NCBI GenBank assembly: GCA_051313645.2
Contig: JBNRSN020000018.1
Location: 37,882,001 to 37,946,000, forward strand
Origin: Centroscyllium fabricii
Taxonomy: Eukaryota
Length of the DNA: 64,000 bases
Reading direction: 5' to 3'
Position numbers and translations under genes: made by a program. Shown one piece after another: positions 12,571-24,855 of the stretch; the first letter of the stretch is position 1, and each line of letters starts with the position of its first letter. The notes beneath the pieces are model-generated. The model saw nothing but the letters and a program-made list of their open reading frames with translations, was not told where the DNA came from and ran no database searches.

Positions 12571-12756
12571 TGTAATATTATTTAAAGATCAGACGGGAGA
12601 CCAACACTAAGTTTCAACGGAGCTTCTTTAATCAGGTCTTATACACTGCCTCAACTGAAGCATGGCTAAGATGGCGTCTGCTCCCGCCACTCGGGTGTGA
12701 CGTCAGACGTAAGTCAAGCTTGTGCTGTCTTTACGCCAGTCACAGCTATCCTTACA
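12571..12756 (-). repeat. 5' LTR of Gypsy element (PBS TGGTACCAGGA at 12560-12570, tRNA-Leu(UAA)-like)
   Basis: Direct repeat of 6521-6716. The minus-strand sequence immediately inside is TGGTACCAGGA, complementary to the 3' end of vertebrate tRNA-Leu(UAA). Confidence 0.9.
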
Positions 12757-12820
12757 AAAACTACAAGAAAAAACATTTTGGTACTGGAACAAAGCCTCAA
12801 TGACTATGAAGAAAGTAATA

Positions 12821-13146
12821 CAGGTTGTGCACTGTTAATCCGGCGCCCTCGGGACCAGGCCGGTGCCGGACCGCTGAAAAAGCCGAACCACTGAAGGTTT
12901 GGGGAGCGCATGTGCAGACCATTCAAAATGGCCACCGCTCATGCGCAGACCATTCATAATGGCCACCGCGCAGACCATTCAAAATGGCCACCGCGCATAC
13001 GTAGACCATTCAAAATGGCCGCTGCGCATGCGCAGACCAGTCGGGGAGAGGCCCACACATCGCGCTCGTCCTGGGATCAGGTGGGCCGGCCAGCGGCCAC
13101 TGAAGGTGCTGAATTATCGGGCGCCAGATTAATGGTGCACAACCTG
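12821..13146. mobile_element. Tigger/pogo-type MITE
   Basis: TA|CAGGTTGTGCAC...GTGCACAACCTG|TA, with internal repeats of GCGCAGACCATTCAAAATGGCC. Confidence 0.88.
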
Positions 13147-13885
13147 TATATCACTTCATCTGAGGCTACTGCCCACCACCTTGTCCTCTTCTTATTGTTT
13201 ACCTTCCATCCCCATTTTTAAAAAAAACTCCATTCATCTCTGCAGCAATTTTCTTACTTTGCTGGTGTCACAGGAGGCTCAGATTATCGAGCAAGAGCAA
13301 GTGCTTTTTATCAGTTTTTTTCCCTTTTGATTTGATTAGTTTCTGAAACATTGACTAAGAAAGCCAGCCATCTGTTTAAGCATCCGACAAAATTCTGGTC
13401 AAATCGAACAACTTGGTGTTCTTTTAACTGGGGCGAAGCAGGCACGTGAGTGTGTGCATGCAGCATGTAATTGATGTTCTGTGCTGCGCCTCAGTACCAG
13501 TTTGACTGGGCATGGCAAGCAGAATGAGATTTTCACCCTCAACAGGATTCTTCACCTGATTACGCTGAGAAGATTTTAAGCGGTACTGCCTTTGAATAAT
13601 TTCAGTCAATTATCTGGAAATGGCCAAACAGTGGAATGAATAGTAAGGAAAATTCATCCCAAATATACTTGTGTCCCTTGTTTTTTAGCCATTTAATTTT
13701 TTTGTGCTCATGTAGGTGAAAAATGCTCATGATGGAGGAATTTGTTACGCATTGAGGTGTCCCAGGTGTCAGATGTAGTGTGGGTTAGAAGCAGAGTGAA
13801 GAGCCTTCTGTTTAGGCCCAGGATAGTGCCTTGGCTTTGCAGGATTCGGATTCGGAAAAACTCTCGGCAGAAACGGAATTGAATA

Positions 13886-14416
13886 CAGGTTGTGCACCAT
13901 TAATCCGCCACGGGCGGGACCAGGCCCGTGCCGGGAAACAGAAAAAAACGGGAGAACGAGGTTGGACACTGCGCATGCGCACCATTCAAAATGGCCGCGC
14001 GCATGCGCACAACATTGGGATTGGCTGGCGCGCGCATGCGCAGATCGGGCCCGGGTCCGCCTTCCCTCTCCATCGCCTACGGGTTGCTGCTGCCGCCGAG
14101 ACGGACTCAGGCTGACAGCTGTTGCCTGGTGACTGTCCGCCTCAGTCACGGGGCTCAGCTGTGGAGAAAATAACCGGCGGCCGTATTGAATTATCTGCGC
14201 ATGCGCTAACCGTCCGGCGACGCATGCGCAGATCATTCAAAACGCCCGGCAGCTGTTTTGAATGATCTGCGCATGCGCTGGGCGCATGCGCAGATCATTC
14301 GCTGAAGCCACGATGGCGGCGGCCATCTTGCGCATGCACAGTGCAGTCGGGGCAATTTGTGCCGGCAGACTGAAGCTGCCGGCTATTCGGGACACGGATT
14401 TTCGGAGCACAACCTG
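13886..14416. mobile_element. Tigger/pogo-type MITE (same subfamily as 57853-58353, opposite orientation)
   Basis: TA|CAGGTTGTGCACC...GAGCACAACCTG|TA, with many GCGCATGCGC palindromes. Confidence 0.9.
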
Positions 14417-16068
14417 TATAAAGTAAAAGTTTTATTAGAAATCAGGATAAGAACCTGTGCACAGGGGAGAGAGATACTAAGGTTCCTCAAGCTGTGGGTC
14501 TGCACTCTCAATGTAGATACATTCTGCAAGCATTCTTGCACCTTTCAAAGGGTACCGCCCATAGGTTACAGAAGTGGGCGTACCTGTATGAACAGTGTTG
14601 TTCCCCTATTGGTTAATGTGTTGGTTTTTCCCCTATTGGTTAATGTGTTCAGTCAGTCAACATCAGAATCTGCCCTGAAGTGCAGTATGACATAAAACAT
14701 AACATCTTCGTGTTTTAGACACTGGCATTCATCTTATCTCGTAACCGAGACTCCATGTCCCTACAAACAGTGTCCCAGCCTAAACGCCTCACTACTTTCT
14801 GTGATAACCATACAAGCTTCCTGAGGTCGAGTGGACATTTCAGAGAGAGATAAGAGGAGTTTGAACCAGGGTAGTGCTGATTTGTTTATCCATCCTATCT
14901 CTCCTGAAGCCCAGCGGCACTGAAAACTGCTGACGTTTACGCAGATGAGATGTTTGGGAACTGCCAGATACCTGTATAAACGCTTGGTAATGAACTAAGT
15001 GTTAATTTGTGTCAAGCATCCCAGCAGCCTTTGCTCTATCTGCTATGTGGCCACTTTTAATATATATATAGCTACAAGAGGAAACTAATCAATTAAATAT
15101 AATTTCTGATATCACAGCCCTATGGCTTAGGTTGGTGTGTTTAAAGACTGCGGAAGAGTCAGGCCTTTGGTTCACAGGCCTATTTTCGCGATCCAACAGC
15201 TTCCACGCTCAATGTTGTGGTAGTTACTGGACCAATATTTCTATTTCACACAACAGCTGTTAGTTTTTTTTAATCCGCTCTTGGTTCTTTTATATCTGGT
15301 TTCGGAATACCAGTGTAGACTCCCAGTGGTTGATGCCGATGTATTTAAGTGCGCAGGATGTTCATTGCTTCTATCGGTTTGATGTTTGACCAGCTTTATG
15401 GAGGCCCTGTTCAGCAGGTTAACGGTTGCGATGCAGCTGTTGTGCTCAATGCCCTGCAGTCAGTGTTTACCAGCAGGTTAAGAGTTAACACTGTGTATAA
15501 ATGTTGTGAAGGTGCAGAATGCCACACAACCAGCAAAACCTAGTTAACCTTGGGACTAGTTTCTTTTAATGTCAGACTTGTCTCCTATTGCAGTGTCTGG
15601 TTGTCACACGGCTTTCTTTCGCCTGTGTCTGTCCTTGGGGTGCACTCCTGGGGCTTTCTCATTTGAAATAGATGTATGAGGAGAGAGGGACATCTGCCGC
15701 TGTCCTTCAAAAAAACAAGTACGCACACAGCAGATCCCCATCTCCTGCTCCTTACAGCATCAACCAGTAGAAAAGTCTTGTTCAACATATCTCATCCACA
15801 GGGCGAGAGAACGTTTAACCTTGTCAACTATATAGTGAAATGGACAGCCAAGAATATGTATATTTTTCATAAAACTCGATGAACAGTAGTCCTGTGACCC
15901 CTGGAGGCCAGTTTGTTTTTTGATATCCTTGATTGCCCTCTCGTGACTCTGGTTTCAAAAATCCATTGAGTTTACATTCTCACTCTTTTTGTAAAAATAC
16001 TAGTGTTTGGGTTTACTTTATCTGCAGATGTTCAGGTGTGACCATATCTGTGGAACAGTAAACAGTAA

Positions 16069-16850
16069 TAACTTGCAATTTTTATAGTGCCTTTAACATA
16101 CAAAAACATCCACAGAGCACTTCACAGAGGCATAATCGGACAGAAAATGGATGCTGAGCCAATGAAGGAGATATTCAGAGGAGTGACCAAACGCTTGGTT
16201 CAAGCGGTGATCTTTAATGAGGTTCAGGGAGGGAATTCCAGAGTGTGCGGCCTAGGCTTCTAAATGTATGGCCGCCCATGGTGCAGTGCAAGGGAGGAGG
16301 GATGCACAAGAGGCCAGAGTCAGATGAACAAGGAGTTTTGGGGTTGGTTGTAAGACTGGATGAGGTTAGAGATGGGGGAGGCCAAGGCCATGAAGAGATT
16401 AAACACGAGAATGAGAATTTTGAAGCAGAGGCGTTGGAGGAATGGGAGCCAATGTAGGTCATCAGGGACAAGCGCGATGGGTGAGCAGGACTTGGTGTGA
16501 GAGGATGGGGCAGCAGAGTTTTGAATGAGCTGAAATTTACGGAGTGTGGAGGACGGGAGGCTGGCCAGGAGACTATTAGCATAGTAGTCTGGGGGCGACA
16601 GTGGCATGGATGAGGGCATTGACAGCAGACGGGCTGAGACAGGGCACAGTTGTGCGATGTTACGGATGTGGAAGTCGACGGCCTTTATGATGTAGAGGAT
16701 ATGGGGTTAGTAGTTCTGTTTGGGGTCAAATAGGAGACACCAGTTGCCAGCAGTCTGGTTCAACCTGAGACGGTACTTGGGGAGGGGAAGGTAATTTAGT
16801 GGCTAGGGTACAGAGCTTGTGGTGGGGGCCAAAGACGATGGTGTCAACGT
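16069..16850 (-). mobile_element. L2 LINE 3' fragment, decayed
   Basis: ORFs 16320-16619 and 16214-16582 contain DYYANSLLASLPSSTLRKFQLIQNSAA...LHWLP...FKIL and LWNSLP. The L2-type tail is at 16069-16130. Confidence 0.8.
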
Positions 16851-17990
16851 GTGGCGGAGTTACAGTTATGTTGTTTTAAGTTGTTGTTGTAATCTGATTC
16901 AGGCTTGAAGTGACAGGCCACCAGGAGCTCGGGGGTCCCCCTTACGGACTGAACGGAGGTGTTCCGTTTGGCTATCACATTGTAATCCACGCTTTGAATT
17001 TGATATTAAATGGAGATCCCCGCTTGTCTGTTCAGGGGATTCAGGTGGACCTTTAACATCCTATGCACTATCCGAAAATTAGCAGGGAGTTCTGCCAGTG
17101 TCCTGTGCAAAAGTTCCTCCTCCTTCCAGCGTCACATGAAACAAATGAACTGCTCATTGATCTCATTGTTGTTTTGTGGTCTTGCTGTGTCCAAAATGGC
17201 TGCTGCTTTTACCTTCTGAACAGCCACTGTACTAAAGTACCCAATTGTTGAGAGAGGTGATAAATTGCTGCATAAATGCAAATCTTTGTTTTCTTCTTTA
17301 AATACCATGCTGCAAATTGAAGAAGCACTGAAACATTTTTTGGATTTTGTGCCTTTTAGCTGATCCCTAGGTCTCCTATCATTCCTGTATTTTGAACATT
17401 CCCAATGTTTTTCTCCTGTCTTGTTGTCCAGATTATCACAGCCATTTATCCCCTCTGAGTGACTCATTCTCCCTGACATCTGTCCTAAACCTATTCTTGT
17501 TTTAACAGTGATATATTTCTAAGTCAGGATGGCGGGTGACTTGGAGGGGAATTGGGAGGTGATGGTGTTCCCATGCACATGCTGCCCTTGTCCTTCTAGG
17601 TGGAAGAGGTCGTGGGTTTGGGAGGTGCTGTCGAAGAAGCTTTGGTGAGTTGCGGCAGTGCATCTTGTAGATGGTGCACACTATAACCACAGTGTGCTGG
17701 TAGTGGAGGGAGTGAATGTTTAAGTGGTGGATGGAGTGCCAATCAAGCGGACTGTTTTGTCCTGGATGGTGTCAAGCTTCTTGAGTGTTGTTGGAGCTGC
17801 ACTGATCCAGGCAAGTGGAGAGTATTCCAACACACTCCTTACTTCTGCCTTGTAGATGGTGGGAAGGCTTTGTAGAGTCAGGAGGTGAGTCACTTGCTGC
17901 AGAATACCCAGCCTCTGTCCTGCCCTTGTAGCCACAGTATTTATGTGGCTGGTCTAGTTAGGTTTCTGGTCAATGGTGACTCTCAAGATA

Positions 17991-20900
17991 CATTAATGAT
18001 CGAGATGAGGGAACTAGATGTAATACCTGTATCTCCTGGTTTGCAGATGACACAAAGCTGGGTGGGTGTGTGTGCTGCGAGGAGGATACCGAGAAACTCC
18101 AGGATGATTTGGACAGGTTGGGTGATTGGGCAGAAGCGTGGCAGATGCAATATAACATGGATAAATGTGAGGTTATCCACTTTGATGTCAAAAACAGAAA
18201 GGCAGACTATTATCCGAATGGAAATAGATTGGGAGATGGGGAAGTGAAACGAGACCTGGGTGCCCTTGTGCACCAGTCGCTGAAGGTAAGCATGCAGCTG
18301 CAACAGGCGGTTAAGAAGGCAAATGGTATGTTGGCCTTCGTAGCAAGATGGTTTGAGTACAGGAACAAGGATGTCCTGCTGCAGTTGTACAGGGCCTTGC
18401 TGAGACCACACCTTGAGTACTGTGTGCAGTTTTGGTCGCCTTATCTGAGGAAGGATGTTCTTGCCATGGAAGCAGTTCAGCGAAGGTTCACAAGGCTGAT
18501 ACCTGGGATGGCAGGAATGACGTATGAGGAGAGTTTGGGTTGCTTGGGCTTTTTCTCGCTGGAGTTTAGAAGAATGAGAGGGGATCTCATCGAAACTTCT
18601 AAAATTCTGACAGGTCTGGACAAACTAGATGCAGGAAGAATGTTCCCGATGGGCGGAGAGTCCAGAACCAGGGTGCACAGTCTAAGGATAAGGGGTAGGC
18701 CATTTAGGACAGAGTTGAGGAAGAATTTCTTCACCCAGAGAGTGGTGAACCTGTGGAATACTCAACCACAGAATGTAGTTGAGGCCAAGTCATTAAATAT
18801 ATTCAAGAAGGAGTTAGATACTGCACCATGATGGCAAGATGACGGCGCGCTTAGACGCAGCGGCTTTGCGTCTCCCCAATTTTTAGTGTCCCTGGTTCCC
18901 GCACTGTTCCTGGAGAGGACGGCGGGGTCGGTGGAGTAGAGCACCGGTGCTCCTCAATCGGGGCACCGGTGCTGAACAAGCCGTCGTGGTCGTCGGAGCG
19001 CTGGGGGTGCTGAGAGCGGGCTCGGAGAGCCGTGGGGCCGTCGGGCTCGAAGAGCCGTCGGGCTCGAAGAGCCGTTGGGCTCATGGGGCCGTCGGGCTTG
19101 GGGGGCCGTCGGGCTCGGGGAGCCGTCGGGCTCGGGGAGCCGTCGGGCTCGGGGGGCCGTCGGGCTCGGTGAAGCCGTGGGGCCGTCGGGCTCGGTGAAG
19201 CCGTGGGGCCGTCGGGCTCGGTGAAGCCGTCGGGCTCGGTGAAGCCGTGGGGCCGTCGGGCTCGGTGAAGCCGTGGGGCCGTCGGGCTCGGTGGGGCCGT
19301 CGGGCTCGGTGAAGCCGTGGGGCCGTCGGGCTCGGTGAAGCCGTGGGGCCGTCGGGCTCGGTGAAGCCGTGGGGCCGTCGGGCTCGGTGAAGCCGTGGGG
19401 CCGTCGGGCTCGGTGAAGCCGTGGGGCCGTCGGGCTCGGTGAAGCCGTGGGGCCGTCGGGCTCGGTGAAGCCGTGGGGCCGTCGGGCTCGGTGAAGCCGT
19501 GGGGCCGTCGGGCTCGGTGAAGCCGTGGGGCCGTCGGGCTCGGTGAAGCCGTGGGGCCGTCGGGCTCGGTGAAGCCGTGGGGCCGTCGGGCTCGGTGAAG
19601 CCGTGGGGCCGTCGGGCTCGGTGAAGCCGTGGGGCCGTCGGGCTCGGTGAAGCCGTGGGGCCGTCGGGCTCGGTGAAGCCGTGGGGCCGTCGGGCTCGGT
19701 GAAGCCGTGGGGCCGTCGGGCTCGGTGAAGCCGTGGGGCCGTCGGGCTCGGTGAAGCCGTGGGGCCGTCGGGCTCGGTGAAGCCGTGGGGCCGTCGGGCT
19801 CGGTGAAGCCGTGGGGCCGTCGGGCTCGGTGAAGCCGTGGGGCCGTCGGGCTCGGTGAAGCCGTGGGGCCGTCGGGCTCGGTGAAGCCGTGGGGCCGTCG
19901 GGCTCGGTGAAGCCGTGGGGCCGTCGGGCTCGGTGAAGCCGTGGGGCCGTCGGGCTCGGTGAAGCCGTGGGGCCGTCGGGCTCGGAGAAGCCGTGGGGCC
20001 GTCGGGCTCGGTGAAGCCGTGGGGCCGTCGGGCTCGGTGAAGCCGTGGGGCCGTCGGGCTCGGTGAAGCCGTGGGGCCGTCGGGCTCGGTGAAGCCGTGG
20101 GGCCGTCGGGCTCGGTGAAGCCGTGGGGCCGTCGGGCTCGGTGAAGCCGTGGGGCCGTCGGGCTCGGTGAAGCCGTGGGGCCGTCGGGCTCGGTGAAGCC
20201 GTGGGGCCGTCGGGCTCGGTGAAGCCGTGGGGCCGTCGGGCTCGGTGAAGCCGTGGGGCCGTCGGGCTCGGTGAAGCCGTGGGGCCGTCGGGCTCGGTGA
20301 AGCCGTGGGGCCGTCGGGCTCGGTGAAGCCGTGGGGCCGTCGGGCTCGGTGAAGCCGTGGGGCCGTCGGGCTCGGTGAAGCCGTGGGGCCGTCGGGCTCG
20401 GTGAAGCCGTGGGGCCGTCGGGCTCGGTGAAGCCGTGGGGCCGTCGGGCTCGGAGAAGCCGTGGGGCCGTCGGGCTCGGAGAAGCCGTGGGGCCGTCGGG
20501 CTCGGAGAGCCGTGGGGCCGTCGGGCTCGGTGAAGCCGTGGGGCCGTCGGGCTCGGTGAAGCCGTGGGGCCGTCGGGCTCGGTGAAGCCGTGGGGCCGTC
20601 GGGCTCGGTGAAGCCGTGGGGCCGTCGGGCTCGGTGAAGCCGTGGGGCCGTCGGGCTCGGTGAAGCCGTGGGGCCGTCGGGCTCGGTGAAGCCGTGGGGC
20701 CGTCGGGCTCGGTGAAGCCGTGGGGCCGTCGGGCTCGGTGAAGCCGTGGGGCCGTCGGGCTCGGTGAAGCCGTGGGGCCGTCGGGCTCGGTGAAGCCGTG
20801 GGGCCGTCGGGCTCGGTGAAGCCGTGGGGCCGTCGGGCTCGGTGAAGCCGTGGGGCCGTCGGGCTCGGTGAAGCCGTGGGGCCGGGAGCTGCGAGGCCGT

Positions 20901-21124
20901 CGTGGCTGGAGTGCCAGGGCCTGCGTGGCCGGCACCTGGCGCATCGTGGCTGCAGCGCCTGATGGGATGGAATGGATCAGACTGGGACCAAGGTATCAAG
21001 GGATATGGGGAGAAGGCAGGTACGGGGTACTGAGTTTGGATGATCAGCCATGATCTCATCGAATGGCGGAGCAGGCTCGAGGGGCCGAATGGCCTACACC
21101 TGCTCCTGTCTTCGATGTATCTAT
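17991..21124 (+). mobile_element. HER1/CR1 LINE 3' portion, itself interrupted at ~18825-20990
   Basis: ORF 18070-18831 (LQDDLDRLGDWAEAWQMQYNMDKC...RPHLEYCVQFWSPY...FFTQRVVNLWN). The tail resumes at ~20990. Confidence 0.9.
19017..20884. repeat. 26-bp GC-rich VNTR (GTGAAGCCGTGGGGCCGTCGGGCTCG)n, ~70 copies
   Basis: Highly homogeneous tandem array with degenerate units at the left end. Confidence 0.97.
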
Positions 21125-21640
21125 AAGATGTTGATAGTGGGGGATTCCAATGATGGTAATGCCATTGTATGTCAAGGGGAGGTAGTTTGACTTTCTGTTG
21201 GAGATAGTCATTGCCTGGCACTTGTGTGGCGCGAATGTTATTTGCCACTTATCAGCCCATGCCTGACTGTTGTCCGGGTCTTGTTGCATGCAGGCACGGA
21301 CTGCTTCATTATCTGTGCAGTGTGCTGATCCAGATCTGACCTGACTAGTGCATTGCAAAGTGCTGACAACACTTCTGTAGACTTGTACAATTCTGGCTAA
21401 TATCTTAACTTTGTTAGGTATTAATTGCTTCCCAACATTGTCTGGACATGGAAAGTGACATGACTGCTTAGTCACCATCCCTCTATATGTCTCCCTGTAT
21501 TAATTCAATTCCATTCATTGTATAATTATGATTTTTATTTTGGCTAATATGCAAAAAAATCTTTCTCCATTGAATTTGTCTGTCCAATTGCTTTAATGCC
21601 CCAAGTGATTTTTACAAATCTTTGTCTGTTAAAATTAGTA

Positions 21641-22191
21641 CAGGTTGAGCACCGGAAATCCGGCACGGGCGGGACCAGGCCCGTGCCGGGAAAGTGAAAA
21701 AAACGGCAGAATGAAGTCGGTCAGTGCGCGCGCACCATTCAAAATGGCCGCGCGCATGCGCACAACATTGGAAATGGCTGCTGGATGTCCTTGCGGAGTC
21801 TCCGCTGCGGTTAGTGCCTCATGATGACGGCCTGCAGGCTGCTCCGGGGAACCGCGCGCTTCACCATGGCGGGCACTCAGGACTCGCACATTCAAAACGC
21901 GGCGCAAGTCACCGCGCCCTGACGCCACGCAAGTCCCGGCTTGTCCGGCAGCCGTTTTGAATGATCTGCGCTCGCCGTTCGGCGGCGCATGCGCAGATCA
22001 TTCAAAACATCCAGCAGCCATTTTGAATGATCTGCTCATGCGCTCGCTGTTCGGTGGCGCATGCGCAGATCCTTCGCCGAAGCCGCGATCGCGGCTGCCA
22101 TTTTGCGCATGTGCAGTGCAGTCGGGGCAATTTGTTCCGGAAGACTGAAGCTGCCGGCGTTTCGGGTCACCGATTTCCGGTGCTCAACCTG
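21641..22191. mobile_element. Tigger/pogo-type MITE (same subfamily as 51420-51909)
   Basis: TA|CAGGTTGAGCACCGGAAATC...GATTTCCGGTGCTCAACCTG|TA. Confidence 0.9.
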
Positions 22192-22257
22192 TATATAAAG
22201 CACAGATTTTAAACTTTTGAAGTGCTTGACAGTGTTGGTCTGGCGTTCTTTAAAAAA

Positions 22258-22672
22258 ATTCTCTGGATGTGGCCTTGTTGGCAATGTCGGCATTTACTGA
22301 CCATCATGAGCTGGCCTGAGAAGGTGGTGGCGGGCTGTGTTCTTGAACCTCTGTAGCCTGTTTGTGGAAGGTCTTGTTATTCTTGATACAACTGAGTGGC
22401 TTGCTAGGCTATCTCAGAGGGGAGTTCAGAATCAACCATGTTGATGTGGGACTGGAGTCACATATAGGCCCGACCAGGTTTCCTTCCCTAAAGGGCATTA
22501 ATGAAACAATTGTGGTTTTTGTATTTCAATCGGACAACTTCATGGTCACTTTTACTGAAAGCAGCTTTTTATTTCCAATTTCTTTTTAAACTGAATTCAA
22601 ATTCTCAAATTGCCATGGTGGGATTTGAATTTAGCATTAACTGGATTATTAGTCCAGGCCACTGGATTACTA
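22258..22672 (-). mobile_element. SINE-like derivative: tRNA-like head plus CR1-group LINE tail
   Basis: 22540-22672 is the reverse complement of the head at 45305-45480. 22258-22350 resembles the reverse complement of the LINE tail at 770-830 and 48265-48317. Confidence 0.6.
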
Positions 22673-22699
22673 CTATAATGTATTATCACGTGGTTTACT

Positions 22700-24855
22700 A
22701 TGATGTCGGGGAGCATAGGGTCTAATGAAAGGGAGGAACTGAAAGAAATCAGTATTTGTAGGGAAATGGTGTCAGGGAAATTGACAGGATTCAAGGCCGA
22801 TAAATCACCAGGGCCTGATAATCTACATCCTAGGGTACTTAAGGAAGTGGCCCTAGAAATAGTGGATGCATTGCTAGTCATCTTGCTAAATAAGATAGAC
22901 TCTGGAACAGTACCCATGGATTGGAGGGTAGCTAATGTTACCCCACTATTCAAAAAAGGTGGTCGAGAGAAAACGAGGAACATAAGAAATAGGAGCAGGA
23001 GTAGGACAATCGGCCCCTCGAGCCTGCTCCGCCATTCAATAAGATCATGGCTGATCTGATCCTAACCACCAATCTACTATCACAGAACCATCTCCTGAAT
23101 CTAACAGAATTAGACACACGAAATAGGAGCAGGATCAGGCTACACGGTCCATGGGCCCGCTCCACTACCCCAGGGCCATGACCGATCTGACCCTAGACTC
23201 ATGTCCAAATTCCTGCCCGCTCCCCGTAACCCTTAATCCCTTTTACTTCTAGGAAGCTGTCTATATCTGTTTTAAATTTATGTAATGATGTAGCTTCTAC
23301 AGCTTTTTTGGGCAGCATGTTCCATGGACCTACTACCCTCTGAGTGAAGTAGTTTCTTCTCATCTCAGTTTTGAAAGAGCAGCCCCTTATTCTAAGATTA
23401 TGCCCCTAGTTCTAGTTTCACCCATCATTGGGAACATCCTCCCTGCGTCCACCCGAATTACCTGACATCGGTAGTGGGGAAAATGCTAGAGTCCATTATA
23501 AAAGATGTAATAGCAGAGCACTTGGAAAACAGTGACCGACCGGATCGGACAAAGTCAGCATGGATTTACAAAGGGTAAATCGTGCTTGACTAATCTACTG
23601 GAATTTTTTGAGGATGTAACTGGTAAAATAGATAAGGGAGAACCAGTGGATGTGGTGTATTTGGACTTTCAAAAGGCTTTCGATAAGGTCCCGCATAAGA
23701 GATTAGCGTGTAAAGTTAAAGCACATGGGATTGGGGGCAAGGTACTGACATGGATAGAGAACTGGTTGGCAGACAGAAAGTAGAGTTGGAATAAATGGAT
23801 CTTTTTCCGAGTGGCAGGCAATGACTAGTGGGGTACCGCAGGGATTGATCCTTGGACCCCAGCTATTCACAATATATATTCATGATCTAGACGAGGGAAC
23901 TAGATGTAATATCTCCAAGTTTGCAGAAAACAGAAAGCTGGGTGGTCGTGTGTGCTGTGAGGAGGATGCCGAGAAACTCCAGTGTGATTTGGACAGGTTG
24001 GGTGATTGGGCAGAAGCATGGCAGATGCAATATAATGTGGATAAATGCGAGGTTATGCACTTTGGTGGCAAAAACAGGAAGGCAGATTATTATCTGAACG
24101 GCAATAGATTGGGAGAAGGGGAAGTGCAACGAGATCTGGGTGTCCTTGTGCACCAGTCGCTGAAGGTAAGCATGCAGGTGCAGCAGGCGGTTAAGAAGGC
24201 AAATGGTGTGTTGGCCTTCGTAGCGAGAGGGTTTGAGTACAGGAACAAGGATAACTTGCTGCAGTTGTACAGGGCCTTGGTGAGACCACACCTTGAGTAT
24301 TGTGTGCAGTTTTGGTCGCCTTATCTGTGGAAGGATGTTCTTGCCATGGAGGGAATGCAGCGAAGATTCACCAGGCTAATACCTGGGATGGCAGGAACGA
24401 CGTATGAGGAGAGATTGGGTCGTTTGGGCTTCTACTCGCTGGAGTTTAGAAGAATGAGAGGGGATCTCATTGAATCTTACAAAATTCTAACAGGACTAGA
24501 CAGACTAGATGCAGAAAGGATGTTCCCGATGGCCGGGGAGTCCAGAACCAGGGGTCACAGTCTAAAGATAAGGGGTAAGCCATTTTGGACAGAGATGAGG
24601 AGGAATTTCTTCACCCAGAGAGTGGTGAACCTGTGGAATTCTCTACCACAGAAGGCTGTAGAGGCCAATTCATTAAATATATTCAAGAAGGAGTTGGCTA
24701 TATTTCTTAAGGCTAAAGGGATCAAGGGATATGGAGAGAAGGCAGGAACAGGGTACTGAATTTGGATGATCAGGCATGATCTCATTGAATGGCGGAGAAG
24801 GCTCGAGGGGCCGAATGGCCTACTGCTCCTATCTTCTATGTTTCTGTGTTTCTGT
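22700..24855 (+). mobile_element. HER1/CR1 LINE ORF2 (RT) and tail, 5'-truncated
   Basis: ORFs 22700-23059 (KSPGPDNLHPRVLKE), 23532-23783 ([14 protein letters not shown]...[13 protein letters not shown]) and 23821-24759 (GVPQG...), followed by the HER1 tail. Confidence 0.92.
22978..23455 (-). mobile_element. CR1 3' end with a stacked (double) tail, nested in HER1
   Basis: Two successive GAAATAGGAGCAGGA...GATCTGA tail modules (22978-23070 and 23120-23200), then CR1 ORF2 C-terminal sequence. Confidence 0.7.

Larger units (their letters stand above)
6521..12756 (-). mobile_element. Ty3/Gypsy LTR retrotransposon, structurally complete but decayed
   Basis: Two TG...CA LTRs (6521-6716, 12571-12756), 5-bp TSD AAAAC (6516-6520, 12757-12761), PBS, PPT, and gag-PR-RT-RH-IN order on the minus strand. 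Confidence 0.95.
17505..21318 (-). mobile_element. CR1-group LINE fragment (17505-17990 and 21125-21318), split by a HER1 insertion
   Basis: ORFs 17720-17935 and 21056-21478 match the 1-860 family. The two pieces are collinear across the insertion. Confidence 0.8.

Noticed and set aside
11756-12575. Overlapping repetitive ORFs of 133-250 aa
   Set aside because: Artefacts of the 25-bp minisatellite inside a MITE.
19017-20884. CRISPR-like regular array
   Set aside because: Units are contiguous with no unique spacers, there are no cas genes, and the context is vertebrate.
18851-21248. Long ORFs of 697 and 764 aa on the minus strand
   Set aside because: They are translations of the 26-bp VNTR, which lacks stops on that strand. 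There is no domain or gene context.
22679-22700. Possible left end (TGTATTATCACG) of the second Gypsy's 5' LTR, separated by HER1
   Set aside because: Plausible, but there is no second LTR or TSD to verify it, so it was left out of the element boundaries.
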